The notes beneath the pieces are model-generated. The model did not search any database and was not told where the DNA came from. It saw only the letters and a list, made by a program, of their open reading frames with translations. From a virus (Duplodnaviria; Caudoviricetes): 64,000 bases of DNA. Position 1 is the stretch's first letter. The number at the start of each line of letters is the position of its first letter. The DNA is taken from positions 3,316 to 67,315 of IMG/VR virus record IMGVR_UViG_3300032007_000079; one strand, written 5' to 3'. Below, in pieces: positions 55,682 through 64,000 of this stretch. Both the position numbers and the translations under genes were made by a program.

Positions 55682-58021
55682 ATGCAAATGGCAGCAGGAA
55701 TCGTTGATAATAAGGATATCTTCGATATTGGGACGTATTTAAAGAATAAGCAGCAGGAAATAACATCAATGGATCATCTATTGGGTCCAGAGTTATTTAC
55801 TTTACCACAATATATATCCTCGTCCCGTGCAATTATGTTTACAAACCATCTTAAACAGATGGTATCGCTTAACCATCCAGAATTCCCAAGGGTATTTACA
55901 AACTATGAGAATGTATTTGGAGACTTGTCTTCTTCTATATATAAGGCTAAGCATGATTGTGAAGTCATTAAGATTGTACCCAAATTTGAATGGAATCCAA
56001 AGCATCTATATGTGGTGTTTCTATATGATAAAGAGGCGAATCAATACTTCTGTATCATCAAGAAGCTGGCTGAAGAACTAACAGAAAAGTTTGGGTATGG
56101 ATTCAATAATGAAGCCCTTGATAAATTGGAAGAAGGACAAAAAATCCATGAAGGCGACACATTATGGAAGTCTAACTCATATGATGAGTATAACAATTAC
56201 TGCTATGGTGTTAATGCATTAACTGCATATCTAATTGATAACCGCACTATAGAAGATGCAGCAATATGCAGTGAATCATTTGCTAAACGCATGGAAGCTA
56301 AAGAGGTTGAAACCATTAAGATCACTATCAATGATAATGATCTGCTTCTTAACCTATATGGAGATCAAGAACATCATAAAGGATTCCCTGATATTGGGGT
56401 CAAGGTAAGGAATAAAATCCTGTGTTCTAAACGCCGAATAGATAACTTCCAATTGCTGTTCGATATGAAACGAAGCAATCTGCTTAAATCAAACCCATTG
56501 AATGATAAACAGTATTATTCTAAAGGTGAGGTAATGGATGTTGATATCTACTGTAACCAGCAGATTGAAGACATACCTGAAATAGCTGCTAATGAGCAGA
56601 TAATCCAATACCTCAAGAATCAAAAGAGATTCTGGACTGAGATATTGGAAGTGTGTGAAGATATTGCAAATAGCGGTATTCCATATGATGATGATATTGG
56701 ATATTTGCTTGGAAGGGCTAAAAATTATCTAAATCCAGACTATAAATGGAAAGATAATGATAGCGTATTCAGCAATATAATAATGGAAATTAGTGTACAA
56801 CGTGATGTGCCACTTAATGTTGGTTATAAGGTTACAGGACGATACGGCAACAAATCAGTACTAAGTAAGATAGTTCCTGATGAAGAAATGCCTATATTGG
56901 AGAATGGTAGACGGATTGATCTAATATATAACGCACTTGGTGTTATTAATAGACTTAATCCTGCTCAGTTGTTCGAGATATCAATTAACTTTATAGCTGA
57001 TAACATTATATCAGAAATGCAGAAGTACAAAACTTTAGCACCAAGAGAAAAGTTATTGTGGACATTTATGAAGTACTTTGATGAACGTGGTGAATACACC
57101 AAACTTAAGAAGTATTATAATAGTCTTAATACTGAAGGCAAAAAGGACTTCTTTGATAACATCTATACGAATGGGATATATGTTAATCTTCCACCTATTA
57201 GTAGCAGTGATACATGTCTGTTTGATATCATATCTAAGTTATATGAGGAATTCCCATGGATCAAACCATATAATTGCTATATCTATAAGTGGGGTCGTAA
57301 GATTAAACTAATGAACCCATTGGTAGTTGGTGAACAGTATATCATTAGGTTAAAACAAACTGCCAAAAAGAACTTTAGTGCTAGATCTACAGGTTATTTA
57401 TCACAAAAAGGGTTGCCTGATAAATCTAACAAAGCAAAGCATAACCAACAGTTGTATTCAACAACACCTATTAAAATAGGTCGTGATGAGAATAACAATC
57501 TTGGTATAGGTTTAGACCCCTATTTCCTGGCTAAGTTCCACCTGTTCTATAGATCATCTCCTGCCGCAAGGCGTGAAGTAGAAAAGATGTATACCAAGAA
57601 CCCACTGAATTTCAAGAAGTTCAAGGTTAAGAAGAGATTTAAGAACAGGAACGTAGAAATATTGAATGCATACTTTAAATCATCAGGCCGTAGATTGAAT
57701 TATGGGTTTGATGGTTTACGTATGAACATCTTTGATAGTGATCTGCATAGTATCATGTATAAAGGTGATATGTACCTTAACACATATGAAGGAATGCGGA
57801 AGCACTTATTAGATGAACGTTACAGGAATGAATTCAACCAGACTCTACATGTAGGAAGTAAAGAATGGATAGAGTCTGAATATGATAAGTATGCATCTAC
57901 AGAATACAATAAGATCAAGGACTGGAATAAGACAGCCCATAAGACCAGGAAACCAAAGCATAAGAAGCGTAAGAAACCCCTGGTAATTAAGTTTGATACG
58001 GATGATAAGTCAACCAAATAG
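55682..58021 (+). CDS. rpoB: Phage multisubunit RNA polymerase, beta C-terminal subunit (nvRNAP-like)
   Basis: SSSRAIMFTNHLKQ, TIEDAAICSESF, GYKVTGRYGNKSVLSKIVPDEEMP, IDLIYNALGVINRLNPAQLFE, VGEQYIIRLKQ...SARSTG; the N-terminal beta half is absent from this ORF. Confidence 0.93.
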   Translation: MQMAAGIVDNKDIFDIGTYLKNKQQEITSMDHLLGPELFTLPQYISSSRAIMFTNHLKQMVSLNHPEFPRVFTNYENVFGDLSSSIYKAKHDCEVIKIVPKFEWNPKHLYVVFLYDKEANQYFCIIKKLAEELTEKFGYGFNNEALDKLEEGQKIHEGDTLWKSNSYDEYNNYCYGVNALTAYLIDNRTIEDAAICSESFAKRMEAKEVETIKITINDNDLLLNLYGDQEHHKGFPDIGVKVRNKILCSKRRIDNFQLLFDMKRSNLLKSNPLNDKQYYSKGEVMDVDIYCNQQIEDIPEIAANEQIIQYLKNQKRFWTEILEVCEDIANSGIPYDDDIGYLLGRAKNYLNPDYKWKDNDSVFSNIIMEISVQRDVPLNVGYKVTGRYGNKSVLSKIVPDEEMPILENGRRIDLIYNALGVINRLNPAQLFEISINFIADNIISEMQKYKTLAPREKLLWTFMKYFDERGEYTKLKKYYNSLNTEGKKDFFDNIYTNGIYVNLPPISSSDTCLFDIISKLYEEFPWIKPYNCYIYKWGRKIKLMNPLVVGEQYIIRLKQTAKKNFSARSTGYLSQKGLPDKSNKAKHNQQLYSTTPIKIGRDENNNLGIGLDPYFLAKFHLFYRSSPAARREVEKMYTKNPLNFKKFKVKKRFKNRNVEILNAYFKSSGRRLNYGFDGLRMNIFDSDLHSIMYKGDMYLNTYEGMRKHLLDERYRNEFNQTLHVGSKEWIESEYDKYASTEYNKIKDWNKTAHKTRKPKHKKRKKPLVIKFDTDDKSTK

Positions 58022-58038
58022 TTTAAATATATATTATA

Positions 58039-58146
58039 ACAGTGCATCAGTATGATAGTCGTAATCTACTGATGCACTGTATCTATGTCAGTATAAAGTT
58101 ACTGACAGGCGGTGAGCACAGTTATGGGAGAACGCTGTGCTCACCG
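58039..58146 (+). ncRNA. Candidate three-hairpin small RNA
   Basis: Stems of 14, 8 and 12 bp in tandem, directly after TATATTAT (58030-58037); no ORF. Confidence 0.4.
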
Positions 58147-58242
58147 TCACCCCCACTTTATCGTATATATTGGGTTTTTGGGCATATATTATAAACATGA
58201 ATGCATGGCCATGTGTTCTAATATTATTAGGAGGTGTTTATA

Positions 58243-58722
58243 TTGGGTAAGAAAAAAGCCAAAGAAAGCAATGATGAACAGAGGAAGTTGACAATTGCCG
58301 AAGAGTGTGTAAAGGCGTATGAAAAACAGGTGCCCTGGCCAAAGAAGTTTATCGATGGCGACAAGACAAACATGAAACTTTACCTGGGTTTTAGATTCAA
58401 AATGGATATTAAAGGGCTAAAAGAAAAGGATCTGAAGGAGGATGAGATTAATGTGTATAACCAGGTAAAGATTTACAAACAGTATCTGAACAACTCTGTC
58501 TACAAGGATGTGCTGAACTGGGGTGTTGCTAAGAGGGCGAAGAAACTGGCGCTTAAAGCTGAAGCTAAAAAAGCCAAGAAGGCTGAACGCAACGTTCCCA
58601 CTACTAATGTCGTTGTTGAAGAAAACCCCGGTTTGATTGAGAGAGCCAAGAATGCAGTGTTGGAAAAGATGTTAGACTTCAGTATCTGGGTGAATGACAA
58701 GCTCATTGATATGGGAGTTTGA
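58243..58722 (+). CDS. Hypothetical basic protein
   Basis: RBS AGGAGGTG with TTG start at 58243; TATATTAT at 58185-58192. Confidence 0.8.
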   Translation: MGKKKAKESNDEQRKLTIAEECVKAYEKQVPWPKKFIDGDKTNMKLYLGFRFKMDIKGLKEKDLKEDEINVYNQVKIYKQYLNNSVYKDVLNWGVAKRAKKLALKAEAKKAKKAERNVPTTNVVVEENPGLIERAKNAVLEKMLDFSIWVNDKLIDMGV

Positions 58723-58734
58723 CATCAATAATGC

Positions 58735-58765
58735 AGTTGGGGTCATCTACCCCAACTACTTTTTT
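58735..58765 (+). terminator. Intrinsic terminator
   Basis: agttgggg/ccccaact stem followed by a T6 tract. Confidence 0.75.
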
Positions 58766-58798
58766 AGGTATATATTATACTTTTGGAGGTGAACGATA

Positions 58799-60883
58799 AT
58801 GACATTTCAGGAGATGTTCAAGATTAAGAATACATATAATCTATTGGCTGAGCTTAATGCTGTAGCAATAGATTATTATAACAAGGTGCTGAATACTGGC
58901 ACTGATGACATGGATGAACTGCGATATTTTCTATTGTGCCTTGATAGAGTATATCAGGAAGGGTTTGAATCACCACTGAGAGATGCTGAATATGACGATA
59001 TCCATGAATGGTATATGGATCATGGTGGTGAAATAATCAGGGGTGACATGAGCAGTGGTGATAAAGCTGTCCATGTGTATCCAAATCTGAAAGGCACTAT
59101 ACGGAAAGTCCACTTCATAACTGAAGAAGACCGACTGGCTAATTCAAATGTCAAGTCCCAGAAGTCCTTTGAATCATGGTATGTAAGTGTGATAGACCAA
59201 CTTAAGGATGCTGGTGTATGGGATGGTATGATAGCATTGGCATTCTATACAAAGTTTGATGGTTTATCTGTAGTATTGGAAGTTGTAGACGGTGTTGTAA
59301 AATCTGCAATAACAAGGGGTGATAAAGATACTGGTGCTGGGCAGAATAAGACTGGTGTATTTGGTGGTATAGACTTCAATGATGTTGCTAATGCTAATGG
59401 CATTAGAGATTTTGGGCTTAAGTGTGAAGCCCTTGTATCTAAATCTGCATTTAATGAATATAATGAGAGATTTGGCGGAGGTAGATTGATAGATGAAAGA
59501 TCTGCTGCTACATCCATCCTTAATAATGACTTTCCATCACCAGAGCAGTTAAAGTATCTGACATTGATGCCATTAATGATATCGATCAACGACAACGATA
59601 TTCCATTACCAAATCCATGTGTTCATGGATTTGAATGGGCCGATAAATTGTATGCATATGATGTCTTATGCATCAATAATATGGGCGTTAAGGAAGCCAT
59701 GAAACACGTAAAAGGTGTTATAGATGAACTATCTACACAGATATGTGAGCATAGCGATTATCCTGCTGATGGTATTGTTATACGCATCTTAGACACCGAA
59801 TATGTTAAGGTTCTTGGTAGGAATGAAGAAGAGTGTGTTAACAATTGGGAGAGGGCTTATAAGTTCCCCCCAGCAACAGCTAAGACTACATTGTTGGATA
59901 TTGAGCAAGCAATAGGTTATCTTGGTAAGGTTAGCTTTATAGCTAAGGTTAAACCAGTCAAGCTCAAGAATAAGACAATAAAGTCTATTAGTATTGGTTC
60001 GTTGGATAGGTTCAAATCTCTGGATTTGGCTATAGGTGATGAAGTAATCGTGCAGTATGATATTATACCATATCTGACCCGTGACAATACCTGTAAAAGA
60101 TCCAACAATCATCCTATAGATGCAATTGTTAATTGTCCATCATGTGGTGAACCATTAGAGTTCGTACCAGAATTATCATGTGTGAATCCTAAATGCCCTG
60201 CAAGAGTTGTTGGACGGATATACAACTATTGTATGAAAATAGGTATTGAGGGGATCGGCCCTGAAACAGCATTAAGAATGTATCACCATGGCAATGTTAA
60301 TAGTATAGCAAAATTATACGATATTGAATTGGATGACTTATTAAAAATGGGGTTTGGACCTGTAGAATCTGCTAATATCGTTAATGCTATTGATAGCATT
60401 GATCATGCTGATGATTATGTCCTTCTTGGCGCTATAGGAATTCCTAGTGTAAGTCGTAAGCTGTTTGAGAAGGTTTTGGATGTTGTTAAGCTAAATGACT
60501 TACTGGCTATGCACAATGATAAGCAGTCCATTAAGATCCTTACAGACATCAAAGGTATCAAATCTAAGACAGCTCGTAAGATACTTGATGGGTTGGAAGA
60601 ATATCACGATGACATCATTGCTGCATTAAACCATGTCAAAGTCAAAAGTGCTAAAAAGTACGGTATGACTGTGTGCTTTACTAAAGTACGGGATAGGGAT
60701 TTTGAGCAGTATCTGAAGGACAAACTTGATATAGGTGTGACTGAAGATCTGACTAGAAAGACGGATTTACTTATAACTGGTAGCACTGATTCCAGTAAGA
60801 TAAAGAAGGCTATCAAGTTAGAAATCCCTATTATGACAATCCAGGATGCCTATAAGAAATTTAAGTATATGGGAGGTAAATGA
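58799..60883 (+). CDS. ligA: NAD-dependent DNA ligase
   Basis: KFDGLS (motif I), AITRGD, DGIVI, AYKF, OB fold, CPSC...C...C Zn finger, HhH, C-terminal BRCT. Confidence 0.94.
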   Translation: MTFQEMFKIKNTYNLLAELNAVAIDYYNKVLNTGTDDMDELRYFLLCLDRVYQEGFESPLRDAEYDDIHEWYMDHGGEIIRGDMSSGDKAVHVYPNLKGTIRKVHFITEEDRLANSNVKSQKSFESWYVSVIDQLKDAGVWDGMIALAFYTKFDGLSVVLEVVDGVVKSAITRGDKDTGAGQNKTGVFGGIDFNDVANANGIRDFGLKCEALVSKSAFNEYNERFGGGRLIDERSAATSILNNDFPSPEQLKYLTLMPLMISINDNDIPLPNPCVHGFEWADKLYAYDVLCINNMGVKEAMKHVKGVIDELSTQICEHSDYPADGIVIRILDTEYVKVLGRNEEECVNNWERAYKFPPATAKTTLLDIEQAIGYLGKVSFIAKVKPVKLKNKTIKSISIGSLDRFKSLDLAIGDEVIVQYDIIPYLTRDNTCKRSNNHPIDAIVNCPSCGEPLEFVPELSCVNPKCPARVVGRIYNYCMKIGIEGIGPETALRMYHHGNVNSIAKLYDIELDDLLKMGFGPVESANIVNAIDSIDHADDYVLLGAIGIPSVSRKLFEKVLDVVKLNDLLAMHNDKQSIKILTDIKGIKSKTARKILDGLEEYHDDIIAALNHVKVKSAKKYGMTVCFTKVRDRDFEQYLKDKLDIGVTEDLTRKTDLLITGSTDSSKIKKAIKLEIPIMTIQDAYKKFKYMGGK

Positions 60884-60884
60884 T

Positions 60885-61556
60885 ATGGCTGATAACGTAT
60901 ATGATGTAATTGAATCATATGGGCCTAACAGAGCTATATTTGATAAGGTGATATTTTCAACATATGATAGGGTCGATGCTATTAGAATTGCAAACACCCT
61001 AAATATGTACTTTGCTAAATACACTGACGATTGTCCAATATATAACGTCAGTGTAAGGGATGTGTTGAATTATCCTAAAATGTTGAAAATGCCTGAGTTA
61101 AAATATGTTGAGTTCAAATTTGACGAGAGCTGTAATGAAATAGAAACAATGCCGATGTCTTACAGCGCATTTTCTAAAGTACAGGATAAAATCAACAACG
61201 ATATATCAAGCATAACGTTTAGCATTATCGATGAAGACTACATGTCCTTTGAAACTAAAGGAATTGTAAAAATTGATGTTGCTGAATTGTATAAAGAAAA
61301 GAACGTTATGCCAGATGATGCAAACAGATCTCTGTTATTACTAAAGAGACGTGCAAGAGAAATGGTGAAGGATATTGGTAAAACCATACATGATATGTAT
61401 GGGAAATCTCTTTCTGATATCGTTGATGAGACTGATTGGTGTGATCTGAATGATTTGTTCAAATCTGCACTTACTGATGTTGATGACTGCACTAAAGTTA
61501 TTAATATCGATCATTTGTACCGAATTGCTGACAAAACCGAAGCCCTATTTGTATAG
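60885..61556 (+). CDS. Hypothetical protein
   Basis: Start moved to ATG 60885 (RBS GGAGGT), coupled to the ligase stop. Confidence 0.8.
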   Translation: MADNVYDVIESYGPNRAIFDKVIFSTYDRVDAIRIANTLNMYFAKYTDDCPIYNVSVRDVLNYPKMLKMPELKYVEFKFDESCNEIETMPMSYSAFSKVQDKINNDISSITFSIIDEDYMSFETKGIVKIDVAELYKEKNVMPDDANRSLLLLKRRAREMVKDIGKTIHDMYGKSLSDIVDETDWCDLNDLFKSALTDVDDCTKVINIDHLYRIADKTEALFV

Positions 61557-61656
61557 TTCTAATAGTATGGTATTAATGTCCTAACTGTATAACAATACCT
61601 ATAACCATAGTAATGCTATAAGTGTATTAGTTTAATATAGAAAGGGCATGATCGCC

Positions 61657-61878
61657 ATGAAATTATACATAAAGCATAAAAAGGACTTCATCAGGGTAGA
61701 CGATTATGCCGATGTTAAGGTTGGCAAAATTGTTAAGGTATACTCTGAACGGTCAGATAAATTTATCAATGCAGTACCCTATTTTGTAATAGGTGTATTA
61801 GGTGATAACATATCATTGGAATCCAGTGCTAAAAGGCTCAACTTTAATATAAGAACTGAGACCTTGAGTCTACAATGA
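61657..61878 (+). CDS. Small hypothetical protein
   Basis: RBS GAAAGGG. Confidence 0.65.
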   Translation: MKLYIKHKKDFIRVDDYADVKVGKIVKVYSERSDKFINAVPYFVIGVLGDNISLESSAKRLNFNIRTETLSLQ

Positions 61879-61904
61879 TTGGTTAATAGGGGTGAGACAG
61901 CTAA

Positions 61905-62306
61905 ATGGTTCATGCTGTCTTTACCCCTGTTATACCGTATTTTTTAAGGGGATGGTTAAGATTGGCTATACTTAAGATAGCAAAGGAATGGCGAACAATA
62001 GAAATACCTATAAATATATACGAAGGTGATAATACACCAAAGAGAGAACAGACAGGCTCATATAATGTCAATAATGGTATTATAACTCAAACCATTACTG
62101 TTAATATGGTTATAGGTGATAGACGAATGTACTTTCCAATAACATATTCTAATATATGCAATGGTGTATTTTTAGAGGATGTTCCTAACGACCTTGATGG
62201 TAAAATATATGTATCTGACATAAGCCTTGATCATTTCATGTTGCATATACCTTGTCATACATATAACACTGATAGAACCATTAAGATTGTATCGACAGGA
62301 TATTAA
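61905..62306 (+). CDS. Hypothetical protein
   Basis: RBS GGGGTG, 133 aa. Confidence 0.7.
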   Translation: MVHAVFTPVIPYFLRGWLRLAILKIAKEWRTIEIPINIYEGDNTPKREQTGSYNVNNGIITQTITVNMVIGDRRMYFPITYSNICNGVFLEDVPNDLDGKIYVSDISLDHFMLHIPCHTYNTDRTIKIVSTGY

Positions 62307-62313
62307 AGGGCGC

Positions 62314-62531
62314 ATAGGTGTTTTATTCCGCCGCACCTATTGTTTTTCCTCTTCATATAACTGTATCCTCCGAGCGTATTCGGGAAGGGACAAGTGCATA
62401 CCATACGGTAATGATTCACTGTATGGTATGCACATCTTGTATTGCGTTAAAAGAAGTCCCTTGAGCAGATACCATTTATAGGTAAATGAACAAGGGACTT
62501 ATGTCTGTATAGGGATCCAACAGGTTGGATC
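62314..62531. ncRNA. Cluster of five consecutive hairpins, candidate structured RNA
   Basis: Stems at 62314/62340, 62366/62390, 62394/62433, 62454/62500, 62514/62531; no long ORF. Confidence 0.35.
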
Positions 62532-62810
62532 AATATTAATAGCCATCTCGTATTGCAAGAATCTCAAGTATTTATGGGTTTTAGACACCGATCCTATTAA
62601 GGATTTGCTGACGTGCCAAATATCTCTTAAGCATCATCTTGTGACGTACACGAATATGACCGTTACTATCATGTTAGATGGATAATCCAACCATGTCATT
62701 CAAGTATATATAATACCAGTGCATGTTGTAAAATATATCTAGTGCAACATGTTAATACCTTCGAGTGCGTGTCGACAGCAATCGAAGAGAGAAACTAAGG
62801 AGGTTTTATT

Positions 62811-63164
62811 ATGGCATTTAATCCTATTGTAATCGATGAGAAGACAGCCAAATTCATGGAGCGTGTCAGCAAAAATGCAATTGACCGTCTGAACCGTGAA
62901 TGTGGCATTGTATGTTCCGAGTGGAAAGGTATTCCGACTATTGGAATTATCTGGTTGGAAGAGATATTCCGTGAACTCGGGAATGAGGCTCGTAAGAATG
63001 GGGATGTTGCAAAAGTCAATATCCATCAGGTATTGAGTATTGGAGTAGATTTGCGTGTTGAGGAAGATGCTGAGAAGGATGGTAATTTCACTGTATCCAT
63101 CTCTGCAGGTCCGATTCCTAAACAGTTAATCAAGAATGATGCGATAACCGAAGCCGACGAATAA
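62811..63164 (+). CDS. Putative HU/IHF-like DNA-binding protein (divergent)
   Basis: Helical N-terminus, then KVNIHQVLSIGV...FTVSISAGPIPKQLIK resembling the HU beta-arm and C-terminal helix; high-expression codons. Confidence 0.45.
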   Translation: MAFNPIVIDEKTAKFMERVSKNAIDRLNRECGIVCSEWKGIPTIGIIWLEEIFRELGNEARKNGDVAKVNIHQVLSIGVDLRVEEDAEKDGNFTVSISAGPIPKQLIKNDAITEADE

Positions 63165-63173
63165 TATTAGTAT

Positions 63174-63218
63174 TAGCAGCGTGTATGATTGAGGTTTGCC
63201 CCCATCTACACGCTGCTA
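63174..63218 (+). terminator. Hairpin after the HU-like gene
   Basis: 12-bp stem tagcagcgtgta/tacacgctgcta. Confidence 0.55.
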
Positions 63219-63265
63219 CCAGTCATAGCATATGGCGGTGTTAGTTTTTAAAGGGGTGCTATGGA

Positions 63266-64000
63266 ATGAAAAAATTCCTACGGCAGTTTGAAAATGATGA
63301 AGCTAAAAATATCAATATTGAGCTCATCAAACGTAAGGGTGAGGAACCTCTGATAACCTTTATTGTGGATATATTTAAGAGTCTGGAAATAACTAATTAT
63401 ATAACGTTACTTGGATATAGCGTTATAGATGATGAATCCAAGATAGACTTCAATAAATATATAACCACACGTAAGAAGGTCAAAAAGAAAGACATGAATG
63501 TCAAGTATCAATACATTCATCCAGATAGATGTGTTGAATTGACCCTTAACTTCAAGATACATGTCAAAGGTGAAGAGGCCCTTATAACCAAAAACATATT
63601 GGTACCTAAATTGGATGCCAACAACTATTTTATTATACGGGGTAAAAGATACTTTCTATTGTACCAGTTGGTTGATAATAGTACTTATACATCCCGTAAA
63701 GGGCTGACATTAAAGTCACTTATGCCAATTTGTATTAATAAAGATATGGATACCCTTACAGATGTAGAGGGTAACACATATGATATCCCGTATTATTATA
63801 TCAATGCATTTCAACGGCAGATTGAAACATTCCTGTTTTACTTCTGTAAGTCAGGATTTTCGGACACTATGGAATACTTTACAATGTCCAAACTACTTGT
63901 ATTGGTACGGGATAAGATGGAAGCCAATAGTGATGAATACTATTTCTTCCCTATAAATAAGAATATTACAATGGGTGTTAATCGGTACTTCTTTGATAAG
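63266..64000 (+). CDS. rpoB: Phage multisubunit RNA polymerase, beta N-terminal subunit (partial, runs off the right edge; missing from the ORF track)
   Basis: Manual translation from ATG 63266 (RBS AAGGGGTG), open to the edge: MKKFLRQFEN...LVPKLDANNYFIIRGKRYFLLYQLVDNSTY, matching bacterial beta GTFIINGTERVIVSQL. Confidence 0.85.
   Translation, partial: MKKFLRQFENDEAKNINIELIKRKGEEPLITFIVDIFKSLEITNYITLLGYSVIDDESKIDFNKYITTRKKVKKKDMNVKYQYIHPDRCVELTLNFKIHVKGEEALITKNILVPKLDANNYFIIRGKRYFLLYQLVDNSTYTSRKGLTLKSLMPICINKDMDTLTDVEGNTYDIPYYYINAFQRQIETFLFYFCKSGFSDTMEYFTMSKLLVLVRDKMEANSDEYYFFPINKNITMGVNRYFFDK

Noticed and set aside
13278-60883. Inteins or group I introns in dnaB, polB, terL, RNAP beta C or ligase
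   Set aside because: Frames are continuous, motif spacing is normal, and no intein signature (C/S start...HN-C/S/T with LAGLIDADG) is visible
341-62481. Many short ORFs in the track that overlap or are antisense to long genes (e.g. 341..664, 6713..7246, 22840..23319, 23855..24391, 38899..39423, 51649..52137)
   Set aside because: Shadow ORFs caused by codon bias of the real gene; no RBS and no motifs
58039-62531. CRISPR-like arrays in the hairpin clusters (also 43200-43360)
   Set aside because: The hairpins share no sequence, so there is no repeat-spacer periodicity; the PD-(D/E)XK nuclease has no cas neighbours
1-64000. Alternative genetic code (stop-codon reassignment)
   Set aside because: Conserved genes are full-length under code 11, and TAA, TAG and TGA all serve as stops at plausible gene ends
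1-64000. tRNA, tmRNA or rRNA genes
   Set aside because: No cloverleaf with a T-loop GTTCRA and acceptor stem found by eye in intergenic regions; tRNAscan-SE not run
1-64000. Phage nucleus genes (chimallin, PhuZ tubulin)
   Set aside because: No tubulin signature (GGGTGSG) or other recognisable candidate in this window; cannot be excluded elsewhere in the genome
1-64000. Prophage or integrated element in a bacterial chromosome
   Set aside because: No integrase, att-like flanks or host housekeeping operons; gyrAB, ligA and rpoB-like genes are divergent, split or embedded among virion genes

Overview
The window is a 64 kb segment of an AT-rich jumbo tailed phage (myovirus) of the phiKZ/AR9(PBS1)-related type. 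There is no sign of bacterial chromosome or integration functions. The strong GGAGG/GAGGTG ribosome-binding sites and the style of the tail-fibre modules suggest a Bacillota host (inference). Replication and recombination genes: type II topoisomerase A (partial) and B with an unknown gene between them, a Dda/RecD-like helicase, a PD-(D/E)XK nuclease, an SbcD/Mre11 nuclease, a DnaB helicase, the motif B/C half of a split family-B DNA polymerase, and an NAD-dependent ligase. Transcription genes: separately encoded beta C-terminal and beta N-terminal halves of a multisubunit RNA polymerase, plus a probable stand-alone beta' C-terminal fragment. Virion genes: baseplate proteins, a 13 kb fibre locus with a 2834-aa modular repeat protein, neck protein, prohead protease, inner-head proteins, major capsid protein, large terminase, sheath and tube. 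A free-standing HNH endonuclease follows the capsid gene. The most notable signals are: (1) two phage-specific promoter motifs, including (A/G/C)ACA-N6-TA upstream of most late units, which matches the deoxyuridine-dependent late promoter of AR9 and suggests a uracil-substituted genome read by its own RNAPs; (2) a modular fibre system whose modules are shared between genes and appear inside the tail sheath; (3) several candidate structured non-coding RNAs. Product calls come from motif recognition by eye; no database searches were run.
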